From positions 8,605 to 72,604 of the forward strand of contig JAUTXP010000014.1 in the NCBI GenBank assembly GCA_030837965.1: a stretch of 64,000 bases of DNA, given 5' to 3'. Source of the stretch: Acidimicrobiaceae bacterium (lineage in GTDB: Bacteria > Actinomycetota > Acidimicrobiia > Acidimicrobiales > JAUTXP01). This document shows, piece by piece, positions 10,001 to 18,143 of the stretch (the stretch's first letter is position 1; each line of letters opens with the position of its first letter). The notes beneath the pieces were generated by a model that saw only the letters and a list, made by a program, of their open reading frames with translations, ran no database searches and was not told the origin of the DNA. A program made the translations under genes and the position numbers.

Positions 10001-10443
10001 CGGTCGAGGAGGTCACCGGCTACACGCGCTATCGGATCGACGGCGACACCATCGCCGTGCTGGACAAAGGCGGGGTGGCATTGGAGATCCCGTCGCGCAC
10101 CGAGCAGATCCGTGCCCTGCGAGGCACCAAGCACCGGGCCGCGTTCGAGCGCGAGGTGACCGCGGCACGGGGTCGGGCCGACGGGCGCACGGTGATCCTC
10201 GTGCCGGAGACCAAGGACAACGAGGTCACCGGGATGACGCTGTTGCACGTGCGCTTCGCCGACGTGCTGCCCGCCGACGTGGCCCGCCAGGTGCTGACCG
10301 GTTATCGCAACCGCTATGCCGCGCTGGTCGACGCCGTCACCGAGACCGAGCCCCGCTTCGACGACTCGCGTCTGGGCGACCTGCCGTTCGTGGACCTGCT
10401 GGTCGAGCCGGTGTACGTGCTGGCCGACCGCTGGCGTTCGTGA
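7099..10443 (+). CDS. glmS: GlmS-like glutamine--fructose-6-phosphate aminotransferase, unusually long (1114 aa)
   Basis: It starts MCGII (Ntn Cys2) and has LEVRGRDSAGL and GHTRWASVG (GATase II). Two SIS regions are present (VVAISQSGTTTDT, WAVVGNGPNRIAAAEIRIKLSE), as is a GlmS-like AKTVTVG tail motif followed by about 180 extra residues. Confidence 0.8.
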   Translation: MCGIIAVLRRPSERPAPDPADVLAAMAAAGGSLDAGDFAGAASQLQDVNLALSGVPGVQALLDEGLRHGIEAAVRDIEARVDGIERRLDEGELSASEAVNAALIAVKDAVWSIGRDRIRTAADASALAGDAHDKPAALAAYTSIQVALSALDRLEVRGRDSAGLHVLVTGASVDGQNRGGPLFTNGAMRVLPNGALSFVYKAAAEIGELGDNTKALRTAISEDEQLRAALASSPRAEAVVLGHTRWASVGIISEANAHPLNSEELESSGPSPYVVGALNGDVDNYADLIERERLRIPIEVTTDAKVIPTLVSHRLAEGLDVDEAFRRTVEGFEGSVAIAACAADASDHLLLAQRGSGQGLYVGLAEDAYIVASEPYGVVEETSRYVRLDGESVTESGSHGQVVVLDRAAAGSLEGMERLSYDGTSLPVTDADVATAEITTRDIDRAGFPHYLLKEITESAQSFRKTLRGKTVEQDGRLHVALGDETLPPSLRSRLASGAIGRVHVIGQGTAAVAGQSIAHALTLALADSTIRVRALPATELSGFELDDDMSDVLVVAISQSGTTTDTNRTVDLVRARGAAVVAIVNRRNSDLVEKSEGVLYTSDGRDVEMSVASTKAFYAQIAAGSLLALAIANEAGCRDTAREHDLLLALRELPAAMDEVLARRESIAAAARFAPPRRYWAVVGNGPNRIAAAEIRIKLSELCYKSIACDATEDKKHIDLSSEPLIFVCAAGLSGANADDVAKEVAIYKAHKAAPVVVASDGEDRFGAALAVIDVPTTHPDLAFVLSAMAGHLFGYEAALAIDAQALLFRQARAAIESLVGLEDDPDEYLARLRDLIQPAAGRFFAALRAGDLNGHLEASTAERVGSLLRYVAGIVPLEAYQVEYGKVGTPAVLIEDLTGALTSAIEELTRPIDAIKHQAKTVTVGISRSEDVLFRAPLVAEVVSAGAPRDRLSYKALRTLGNLGPAVEEVTGYTRYRIDGDTIAVLDKGGVALEIPSRTEQIRALRGTKHRAAFEREVTAARGRADGRTVILVPETKDNEVTGMTLLHVRFADVLPADVARQVLTGYRNRYAALVDAVTETEPRFDDSRLGDLPFVDLLVEPVYVLADRWRS

Positions 10444-11744
10444 TCCCTGTCCTCACGGTCGAGGAGATGCAAGCGGTCGACCGGGCCGCGCCCGAGCCGG
10501 TCGAGGTGCTCATCGAGCGGGCCGGGGCGGCCGTGGCCCGCACCGCGCTGAGCATGCTCGGGTCCGGCTACGGCAAGCGGGTCGTGGTGGTGGCGGGCAA
10601 GGGCAACAACGGGGCCGACGGTCGGGCCGCGGCCCGAAGGCTGGAGCGGCGAGGAGTGCGGGTGCAGGTTGTGGAGGCCGGGTCCTTGCCGGTGCTGCCT
10701 CGATGCGACTTGGTGATCGACGCCGCCTTCGGCACCGGCTTTCGGGGCTCGTATTCGGCGCCGGATGCGGGCGGCGCGCCCGTGCTGTGCGTCGACGTGC
10801 CGACCGGCGGCGTGGTCGAAGCCGACGCGACCGTCACCTTCGCGGCGCTCAAACCTGTGCACCTGTTGTCCGACTGCGGCGTGGTCGAGGTGGCCGACAT
10901 CGGGCTGGACGTAAGCGGGGCCCGGGCCTGGCTGGTGGAGGACGAAGACGTGGCCACGGGACTGCCCGGCCGCGACCGCGACGGCCACAAGTGGCAGACG
11001 GCCGTGTTCGTGGCCGCAGGTTCGCCCGGGATGATGGGCGCGCCGGTGCTGGTGGCGCGCGGGGCCATGCGGGCGGGCTCGGGCTATGTGCGCCTCGGCG
11101 TGCCCGGCGCCGATGCGGCTGCCCTGCCGGCGGGCCTGGAGGCGGTAGGCGTGTCGCTGCCCGCCACCGGTTGGTCCGATGCCGTCTTGGCTGAGGTCGA
11201 GCGGTGCCGGGCCTTGGTGGTCGGGCCGGGACTGGGCCGGTCGGACGAGGCCGAGAAGGCGGTCCGGCGTCTGGTGGCCGAGTCGCCCGTGCCCGTCGTG
11301 GTCGACGCCGACGGGCTCAACGTGCTGGGCCGGGCACCGGCCGCCGATGGGTGCGTGCTCACACCACACGAGGGCGAGTTCGAGCGCTTGTCGGGGGAGA
11401 AGCCGGGATCGGGAGTGGAGCGGCTCGGCGCGGTGCGGGCCTTGGCCGAGGCCACGGGGGCGACCGTGCTGCTGAAGGGCTCCACCACCATCGTGGCCTC
11501 GCCGGACGGACGGGTGCTGTTCGCCGCCGCCGGGCGTCCTTCGTTGGCCACGGCCGGGACGGGCGACGTGTTGTCGGGCGTCATCGGGGCCTTCTTGGCC
11601 CGCGGCCTGCCGCCTCTCGCAGCCGCCGCCTTTGCCGCCCACGTGCACGGAGCGGCTGCCGGGCTGGGCTACGACGAGGGGTTGGTGGCGGGCGACCTGC
11701 CCCAGTTGGTGGCGGCGTGGTTGAGCGAGGCCGTCGATGCGTGA
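10440..11744 (+). CDS. nnr: Bifunctional NAD(P)H-hydrate repair enzyme (epimerase/dehydratase)
   Basis: GTGA start-stop overlap with the preceding gene. It has GKGNNGADG (YjeF_N) and GTGDVLSGVIGAFLA (dehydratase half). Confidence 0.85.
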   Translation: MIPVLTVEEMQAVDRAAPEPVEVLIERAGAAVARTALSMLGSGYGKRVVVVAGKGNNGADGRAAARRLERRGVRVQVVEAGSLPVLPRCDLVIDAAFGTGFRGSYSAPDAGGAPVLCVDVPTGGVVEADATVTFAALKPVHLLSDCGVVEVADIGLDVSGARAWLVEDEDVATGLPGRDRDGHKWQTAVFVAAGSPGMMGAPVLVARGAMRAGSGYVRLGVPGADAAALPAGLEAVGVSLPATGWSDAVLAEVERCRALVVGPGLGRSDEAEKAVRRLVAESPVPVVVDADGLNVLGRAPAADGCVLTPHEGEFERLSGEKPGSGVERLGAVRALAEATGATVLLKGSTTIVASPDGRVLFAAAGRPSLATAGTGDVLSGVIGAFLARGLPPLAAAAFAAHVHGAAAGLGYDEGLVAGDLPQLVAAWLSEAVDA

Positions 11745-12915
11745 GGCGGTGGCCCGGCCCGCGTGGGCCGAGGTCGACCTGGACGCCGTGCGCCACAACG
11801 CCCAGGTGCTGGCCCAGGCCGCCCATCCGGCCGAGCTGTGCGCGGTGGTCAAGGCCAACGGCTATGGCCTGGGCGCGGAGGCGGTGGCCGGGGCCGCGCT
11901 GGCGGGAGGCGCCACCCGGCTGGCCGTCGCCTTGGTGGACGAGGGCGTGGCCTTGCGCGAGGCAGGTGTCGAGGGGCCCATCCTCTTGTTGTCCGAACCG
12001 CCGCCCGAGGCCATGGCCGACGCCGTTGCCCATCACCTCACGCCGACGCTCTACACCGCGGCCGGGGTTGACGCCGCGGCCGCGGCCGTCGGCCATCGGC
12101 GGCCCATCGACGTGGAGTTGAAGGTCGACACCGGCATGCACCGGGTGGGCGCGGCCCTCGACCACGCCGTGGCCGTGGCCGAGTCCATCCACGGCGCGCC
12201 GGGCCTGCGGCTCGCGGGGCTGTGGACGCACCTGGCCGTGGCCGACGAGCCTGCCAACCCGTATACGGCCATGCAGTTGGAGCGCTTCGAACAGGCCCGG
12301 GACCGACTGGCTCGCGCCGGCATCGTCCCCGACCACGTGCACGCGGCCAACTCGGCCGGGGCCGTGGCCCATCCCGCGGCCCGATACGACATGGTGCGCT
12401 GCGGGATCGCCCTGTACGGCTACGACCCGAGCCCGGCGCTGGCCGGCGTGGTCGACCTGCGGCCCGCGTTGACCTTGCGGGCCCGCGTGAGTCACGTGAA
12501 GGAGTTGGACGCAGGCGAGCGCATGTCGTACGGCCTTCGTTACGCGGCGCCCGAGCGAACCGTCATCGCCACCGTGCCCCTCGGCTACGCCGACGGCGTG
12601 CCCCGCAGGCTGTTCGACGTGGGCGTGCCCGTGCTGGTGGGCGGTGGGCGGCGTCCCATCGCAGGCGCGGTGACCATGGACCAACTGCTGGTGGATTGCG
12701 GGCCTGGCGCAGACGTGGCCGTGGGCGACGACGTCGTGCTCATCGGCAGGCAGGGCACCGAGGCCATCACGGCCGACGAGTGGGCCGCGGCCTTGGGCAC
12801 CATCAACTACGAGGTGCTGTGCGGGATCGGTCCGCGGGTGCCGCGGGTGTACGTGGGTGAGGACGCGGCCGCTGCCGGGTCGGTCCCGGCCGAGGTGCGT
12901 CAAGGCGTGCTGTGA
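11737..12915 (+). CDS. alr: Alanine racemase
   Basis: 392 aa with the PLP-lysine motif AVVKANGYGLG and a C-terminal TINYEVLC. It overlaps the nnr end. Confidence 0.92.
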   Translation: MREAVARPAWAEVDLDAVRHNAQVLAQAAHPAELCAVVKANGYGLGAEAVAGAALAGGATRLAVALVDEGVALREAGVEGPILLLSEPPPEAMADAVAHHLTPTLYTAAGVDAAAAAVGHRRPIDVELKVDTGMHRVGAALDHAVAVAESIHGAPGLRLAGLWTHLAVADEPANPYTAMQLERFEQARDRLARAGIVPDHVHAANSAGAVAHPAARYDMVRCGIALYGYDPSPALAGVVDLRPALTLRARVSHVKELDAGERMSYGLRYAAPERTVIATVPLGYADGVPRRLFDVGVPVLVGGGRRPIAGAVTMDQLLVDCGPGADVAVGDDVVLIGRQGTEAITADEWAAALGTINYEVLCGIGPRVPRVYVGEDAAAAGSVPAEVRQGVL

Positions 12916-13793
12916 TCACCGACGTGCCCGGCGTGCGGGTCGGCCATTGGACCGCGCCTGCGGCCGCGGCCACCGGCTGCACGGTGGTACTGCTGCCCGC
13001 GGGCACGGTCGCATCCGGCGAGGTCCGCGGCGGCGCTCCGGGCACGCGCGAGTTCGCCTTGCTGGCGCCCGAGCGACTGGTCGGGCGGGTGGACGCGGTG
13101 GTGCTGTCGGGGGGGTCGGCGTTCGGCCTGGCCGCGTGCGACGGGGTGATGGCGTGGTGCGAGGAGCGGGGCATCGGGTTCCCCACGGGCGCGGGCCCTG
13201 TCCCCATCGTGGTGGGCATGGTGCTGTTCGACCTGTTGGTCGGGGACGGGTCGGCCCGGCCGGACGCGGCTTCGGGACGTTCGGCGTGCGACGCGGCCGG
13301 GGCCGGGCCGTTCGATGTGGGCCGGGTGGGCGCGGGTGCGGGGGCGACGGTGCGCAAGTGGACGGGCGCGGCGGCCGACGTTCGGCCCGGAGGGCTGGGC
13401 ACGGCGACGGCTCGCTCTGGCGACGTGGTCGTGAGCGCGTTGTTCGCGGTCAACGCGGTGGGCGACCTGCCCGATGATCCGAGCGGCGAGAGCGGGGGCG
13501 AGAGCGGGGGCGGACCGAGGCTGCTGAGGCTGCCGATGCACGGACCACAGTTCGCCGAGCAGACCACCATCGGCGTGGTGGCCACCGATGCCACGTTGGA
13601 CAAGGTGGGCTGTCTGTTGGTCGCCCAGTCGGCCCACGACGGCCTGGCCCGCGCCCTCGACCCGGCCCACCTGTCGGTCGACGGCGACGCCGTCGTGGCC
13701 TGCGCGGTGGGCGCCGTCGACGCGCCCATGGACCACGTCCGCGTGCTGGCCGCCCAGGCCACCGAGGCCGCCATCCGCGCCGCCCTCGCCTGA
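12912..13793 (+). CDS. P1/S58 family (DmpA-like) aminopeptidase
   Basis: GTGA overlap with alr. Motifs GVRVGHWT, TGCTVVLLP, GGAPGTRE, VLSGGSAFGL and TTIGVVATDA. It contains a small in-frame SGESGGESGGG duplication. Confidence 0.75.
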   Translation: MITDVPGVRVGHWTAPAAAATGCTVVLLPAGTVASGEVRGGAPGTREFALLAPERLVGRVDAVVLSGGSAFGLAACDGVMAWCEERGIGFPTGAGPVPIVVGMVLFDLLVGDGSARPDAASGRSACDAAGAGPFDVGRVGAGAGATVRKWTGAAADVRPGGLGTATARSGDVVVSALFAVNAVGDLPDDPSGESGGESGGGPRLLRLPMHGPQFAEQTTIGVVATDATLDKVGCLLVAQSAHDGLARALDPAHLSVDGDAVVACAVGAVDAPMDHVRVLAAQATEAAIRAALA

Positions 13794-13817
13794 CCGCCCG
13801 CCCCCCCTTTTACGCGA

Positions 13818-13860
13818 CTGGAGGACATAGCCCCCCGAATCGGGGGGCTATGTCCTCCAG
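13818..13860. repeat. Hairpin repeat family B, copy 1 (perfect 20-bp stem, 3-nt loop)
   Basis: CTGGAGGACATAGCCCCCCG-AAT-CGGGGGGCTATGTCCTCCAG lies between convergent genes and is preceded by CCCCCCCTTT. The second copy is at 52440-52482. Confidence 0.9.
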
Positions 13861-13879
13861 AGCCGGGGGGCGGGGTGGG

Positions 13880-14473
13880 TTAGTCGTCGCGGCCGCTGTG
13901 GCCGCTGCCGTGGCCGCTGCCGCTGCCGCTGGAGTCGCCGCCGCCCGGGCCCCGGTTGCGGCCCGAGTCGGTCTCGGTGGCGTCGTCGTCGTTGGCGTCG
14001 TGGTTGAGCCCGTCGTCGCTGCCGCGCACCTCGCCCGCGTCGTCGTTGGCGTCGTGGTTGGGCCCGTCGTCGCTGCCGTTGTTGTCACGAGCGACGGCCG
14101 ATACGGCGGCACCATGGCCAGGACCGGGAGTGGCCGAGCGGGCCGTGGTGGACACCGCCGCGCCATGGTTGGCGCTGTCGTTGCCGTGATCGTCGTTGGC
14201 GTCGTGGGCGGCCCCGTCGTCGCTGGGCGCTGGCGCACCGGCCGTCGTGTCGCCGCCGCCATGCACCTCGCCCGGCGTCTCCGCGCCCTCGACCTCGTTC
14301 TCCAACTGGCGATGGGTAGTCGCGTCCTCGGGATGGTTGGTGTCGTCGGTGGATGCCACCGCGGGCTTGGTCGGATTGTGCCTGCTGCCGCTCTGGGCGC
14401 TGGCCACGCCGACGCCGCCGCCGAGCACCAAGGCCCCTGCCGTCATGATTGCTGCAATCCGCTTCTTGGTCAT
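13880..14473 (-). CDS. Secreted Asp/His/Gly-rich repeat protein (function unknown)
   Basis: From ORF 13880..14497. ATG 14473 is preferred because a GGAG lies 4 nt upstream. It has a signal peptide (MTKKRIAAIMTAGALVLGGGVGVASA), three DDGxxHDANDD repeats and a GSGSGHGSGHSGRDD tail. Confidence 0.65.
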   Translation of the reverse strand: MTKKRIAAIMTAGALVLGGGVGVASAQSGSRHNPTKPAVASTDDTNHPEDATTHRQLENEVEGAETPGEVHGGGDTTAGAPAPSDDGAAHDANDDHGNDSANHGAAVSTTARSATPGPGHGAAVSAVARDNNGSDDGPNHDANDDAGEVRGSDDGLNHDANDDDATETDSGRNRGPGGGDSSGSGSGHGSGHSGRDD

Positions 14474-14528
14474 GCTCCGATCCTCGGCCTTTGCCACCCG
14501 AATGAAAAGCGCCTTAACCGCTTCTTGG

Positions 14529-15347
14529 TCAAGGGCTGTCCGGATGCTTCCACCAGCCCCGCAAAAGGGCCCGATACGCCCGATCCCAGGCCGCGTACTC
14601 GGCCCGCAGCGCTGCGCCCGGCCAGTCCTCGGGCAGCAGTTCGTCGGGCAGCAGCGGGTCGGCTTGGAAGTGGCGCAGCACGTCGGCCGACAGCACGAAC
14701 CCGGCGGCCAACTCCTCCACCCGACCGGCCTTCACGCCAGGCAACGACCGCGCCAGCGATCGACGCAGCCCGCCCGCCCGGCGGGCCCAGCCCGCTACGT
14801 CCCACAAGCGCGACGCCATGTCGGCGTCGCGGACCCCGCCGACAACATCGCCCTCGCCCAGGCCGGTCAACTTCCCGACCGCCTGAACGCACTGCTCGGC
14901 CACCACCGCGGCGGCCTCGGCGCCGTCGTCCACCCGCAGGTTGTCGGGCCGCAGCCACACGCCCTCGCGCAGCTCGGCCAGTCGCAACGCCCGCATGGCG
15001 GCGCGCAACTCGCCCCGCTGCTCGGCCGATCGCCGCTCGCCCGCCACGAAGGCGAAGCGCCAGGCTTGGCCCCGCCAGGCCCGCGTCGTGGCGGCCCGGC
15101 TGGCCTCCTGCCTGGCCTGACGGTCGAGCAGCCTGCCCGCCAATCGATACGAGCCGTCGGCCGTCTCCAACTCGCCCGCAGCCACCATGCGGGAAAGGGC
15201 GACCCGCAGCGTCCCCTCGCTGATGCCGAACAGCTCGCCCGCCCGGACCAGCACGCGCGCGGGCAGCACGGGCGGCCGCGTTCCCAACAGGGTGCTGAGG
15301 ACGACGGAGCGAGCACTGAGTTGCGCGGCCTTACGAGGTTGAGTCAC
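14529..15347 (-). CDS. PaaX-family transcriptional regulator
   Basis: 272 aa with a GTG start. It has an N-terminal winged-helix segment (LFGISEGTLRVALSRMVAAGEL) and a PaaX-like C-terminal part. Confidence 0.7.
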   Translation of the reverse strand: MTQPRKAAQLSARSVVLSTLLGTRPPVLPARVLVRAGELFGISEGTLRVALSRMVAAGELETADGSYRLAGRLLDRQARQEASRAATTRAWRGQAWRFAFVAGERRSAEQRGELRAAMRALRLAELREGVWLRPDNLRVDDGAEAAAVVAEQCVQAVGKLTGLGEGDVVGGVRDADMASRLWDVAGWARRAGGLRRSLARSLPGVKAGRVEELAAGFVLSADVLRHFQADPLLPDELLPEDWPGAALRAEYAAWDRAYRALLRGWWKHPDSP

Positions 15348-15373
15348 GTGTGCAGAAACTGTAATATGACGAC

Positions 15374-16336
15374 GTGGCCACCACGATGCTCCCGCCCAGA
15401 GAGCTGTTGCCCGACGTGCTGCCCACCGAGCGCCTCACGGCCACGGCCCGTCCGGTCCCTCCCATCCGCGAGCAGCTTCGGCGCATCCCCAACGCCCGCA
15501 ACGCAATGAGCGTGCTCGGCGTTCTGGCCCAGTCCTTCGGCGTCATCGCTTTGGCCGTGCGCATCGGCCACCCGCTGGCCTACGTCGTCGCCTACGTCCT
15601 GATGGGCCGGGCCTTCGCCCTCTACGGCATCCTCGGCCACGAAGCCGCCCACCGCCTCCTGTTCACCCGCAAGCGTTGGAACGACGTCATCGGTCGATGG
15701 CTCCTGAGCTATCCGTCGTTCACCGCCTTCGACGCCTATCGCCGGGCCCACATGGCCCACCACAAGGACGAGATGGGGCCCGAGGAGCCGGACTTCATGC
15801 TGTACGCGCCCTATCCGGTGCCGCCTGACTCGTTCCGTCGCAAGCTCACTCGCGACGCCTTCTTCGTCTCCGGCTACAAGAACCTGCGCGGCCTGGTGCT
15901 GGCCCTGCGCAAGCCGGGCCCCTCGCGCAAGGTGGCGTCGTCCATTCTCGCCATGCAGGTCGTGGTGTGGGCCGCGCTGTGGGCCGCCTTCGGCCGTTGG
16001 TGGCTGTATCCGCTGCTGTGGCTGGCCCCGTGGATGTCGGCCTGGAAGGTCATCAACCGGCTGCGGGCCATCGCCGAGCACGGGGGCATGACCCGCTCGG
16101 ACGACCGCAGGCTCACCACGCACCATGTCCGTCAAAGCCTCTTGGCGCGCTTTTGGATGGTGCCGTTCAACACGGGCTGGCACTTGGCCCATCACGTGGA
16201 TATCGGCATCCCCTTCCGCAGCCTGCCCAAGCTGCACGAGGAACTGGTCGCCGCGGGCTGGATCGTGCCCGACCTCGAGTACCCGAATTACCGCGCCCTC
16301 TGGCGGGCGCTCGCCTCCCGTCCGTCCGGCCTCTAA
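15374..16336 (+). CDS. Fatty acid desaturase family protein
   Basis: 320 aa with three His boxes (HEAAH, HMAHH, HLAHH) and membrane segments. Confidence 0.85.
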   Translation: MATTMLPPRELLPDVLPTERLTATARPVPPIREQLRRIPNARNAMSVLGVLAQSFGVIALAVRIGHPLAYVVAYVLMGRAFALYGILGHEAAHRLLFTRKRWNDVIGRWLLSYPSFTAFDAYRRAHMAHHKDEMGPEEPDFMLYAPYPVPPDSFRRKLTRDAFFVSGYKNLRGLVLALRKPGPSRKVASSILAMQVVVWAALWAAFGRWWLYPLLWLAPWMSAWKVINRLRAIAEHGGMTRSDDRRLTTHHVRQSLLARFWMVPFNTGWHLAHHVDIGIPFRSLPKLHEELVAAGWIVPDLEYPNYRALWRALASRPSGL

Positions 16337-16367
16337 GCGCCCGCCCGAGCGGCGGTACCATGCGGCC

Positions 16368-16922
16368 GTGCCCACCCTCGCCGAGTTGGAGCGCGACGCC
16401 CTGGCCTGCGCCCGCTGCCCCCTCTCGCGCGGACGCACCAACGTGGTGTTCGGAGTGGGCGACCCCAACGCCGACATCATGTTCGTGGGCGAGGGTCCTG
16501 GGCAGCAGGAGGATCTGAAGGGCGAGCCCTTCGTGGGCCGCTCCGGGCAACTGCTCGACCGCCTGATGGCCGAGGAGATAGGTATCGGCCGGGACGAGGT
16601 GTACATCGCCAACGTGGTGAAGTGCCGCCCGCCCGGCAACCGCGATCCGATGCCCGACGAGATCGCGTCGTGCCGTCCGTTCCTCGAACAGCAGATCGAC
16701 GTGATCGGCCCGAAGGTGATCGTCACCTTGGGCAACTTCGCGTCCAAGCTCCTGCTCGACACGACCGAGGGCATCACCAAACTGCGAGGCAAGGTCTATC
16801 CCTATCGGGACCGGGTGATCGTGCCGACCTACCACCCTTCGGCCGCGCTGCGGGGCGGCGGGGGCGCGGTGCTGGCGGGTATGCGGGCCGACTTCGTGCG
16901 GGCCAAGGAGCAGTTGGCGTGA
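16368..16922 (+). CDS. Uracil-DNA glycosylase, family 4
   Basis: In ORF 16125..16922, with GTG at 16368. Motifs CARCPL, GEGPG, FVGRSG and HPSAALR. Confidence 0.85.
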   Translation: MPTLAELERDALACARCPLSRGRTNVVFGVGDPNADIMFVGEGPGQQEDLKGEPFVGRSGQLLDRLMAEEIGIGRDEVYIANVVKCRPPGNRDPMPDEIASCRPFLEQQIDVIGPKVIVTLGNFASKLLLDTTEGITKLRGKVYPYRDRVIVPTYHPSAALRGGGGAVLAGMRADFVRAKEQLA

Positions 16923-17437
16923 TCACGGCCCAGACCAAGTCGGTGGACGACACGCGGGAGTTGGCCGCGGCCCTGGCCGGTCTGGCCAAGCCGGGCGACC
17001 TCATCTTGCTGGCGGGCGACCTGGGCAGCGGCAAGACCGCCTTCGCCCAAGGGTTCGGGGCCGGCCTCGGCGTGCAGGAGCCGGTCGTCAGCCCCACGTT
17101 CACCCTGGTGCGCACCTACCAAGGACGGCTGACCCTGGTGCACTGCGACGTGTACCGGCTCGACCACCTGCAAGAGGTCATCGACCTGGGCCTGGCCGAA
17201 TCGTTGGACGACGGGGGCGTGGCCCTGATCGAGTGGGGCGACATGGCCGCCCCGAGCCTGCCCGCCGACTTCCTCGAGGTGCGGCTCGAGTTCTCCGACG
17301 ACCAGCCCCACGATCCGGGCCGGCCCAGTACCGACGCCGACGACAACGAGCGCGTCTTGCGGCTGCGGGTGGTGGGGCCCACGTGGTCGCCCCGACAGTC
17401 CGCCATCGCCGCCGCGTTGGGGCGGTGGGCTCAGTGA
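16919..17437 (+). CDS. tsaE: tRNA t6A37 biosynthesis ATPase TsaE
   Basis: GTGA overlap with the UDG stop. It has GDLGSGKTAFAQG followed by SPTFTL...HCDVYRL. Confidence 0.88.
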   Translation: MITAQTKSVDDTRELAAALAGLAKPGDLILLAGDLGSGKTAFAQGFGAGLGVQEPVVSPTFTLVRTYQGRLTLVHCDVYRLDHLQEVIDLGLAESLDDGGVALIEWGDMAAPSLPADFLEVRLEFSDDQPHDPGRPSTDADDNERVLRLRVVGPTWSPRQSAIAAALGRWAQ

Positions 17438-18132
17438 TCATCCTGGGCATCGACACCGCCACCCAACAGGTCGGCTGCGCGCTGGGCGGCGTGGAGGGCG
17501 TCCTCGCCTCCTTCCACTCGGCCCGCGACCGCAGGCACGCGGAGACGCTCACGCCCGCCATCGAGTTCTTGGCCAAGCAGGCGCGCGTCGAGCTGCGCGA
17601 GATCAGCGTCGTGGCGGTGGACATCGGGCCCGGCCTGTTCACCGGGCTGCGGGTCGGCATCGCCGCGGCCAAGGCCGTGGCCCAGGCCCTGCGGGTCCCC
17701 ATGATCGGCCTGTCCAGCCTGGACCTGCTCGCCTTCCCACTGCGGCATTCGGACCGGCTCATCGTGCCCGTGATCGACGCCCGCAGAGGCGAGGTCTTCA
17801 CCGCCATGTACCGACAGGTGCCCGGCGGCGTGCAGCGCGTCGAGCCCTATCGGCTGACCTCGCCGCAGGACTTGGCCTCCGACATCCAGGCCCGCAGCGA
17901 GGAGTCCTTGGTGGTGGGCGACGGCGCCCTGCGCTACCGGGACCTGTTCAGCGACGTGAGCAGGGTCGAGATCGGCGAGTTCGGTTTCGCCTATCCGTCG
18001 GCTGCGGCCTTGGTCGAGCTGGCCCAGCCCAAGGCATTGCGCGAGGAGTTCGTCCAGCCGTGGGACTTGAAGCCCATGTATCTGCGCAAGTCCGACGCCG
18101 AGATCAACTGGGACATCCGCGAGCGGGCCTGA
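17434..18132 (+). CDS. tsaB: tRNA t6A37 biosynthesis protein TsaB
   Basis: GTGA overlap with tsaE. It has ILGIDTATQQ...GPGLFTGLRVGIAAAKA. Confidence 0.88.
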   Translation: MIILGIDTATQQVGCALGGVEGVLASFHSARDRRHAETLTPAIEFLAKQARVELREISVVAVDIGPGLFTGLRVGIAAAKAVAQALRVPMIGLSSLDLLAFPLRHSDRLIVPVIDARRGEVFTAMYRQVPGGVQRVEPYRLTSPQDLASDIQARSEESLVVGDGALRYRDLFSDVSRVEIGEFGFAYPSAAALVELAQPKALREEFVQPWDLKPMYLRKSDAEINWDIRERA

Positions 18133-18143
18133 GGCCGGTCTCA

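Noticed and set aside
6535-10248. A 1237-aa ORF on the minus strand, opposite glmM and the glmS-like gene.
   Set aside because: It is antisense to genes with clear conserved motifs. Its translation is low-complexity and Arg/Gly/Ala/Pro-rich with no recognisable motif. This is the typical stop-free shadow frame of very high G+C DNA.
13850-15223. A 457-aa plus-strand ORF (Ala/Arg/Pro-rich) covering the Asp/His-rich gene and the PaaX gene.
   Set aside because: It is antisense to a PaaX-like gene with a recognisable wHTH and to a gene with a clean signal peptide and RBS. There is no start context or motif.
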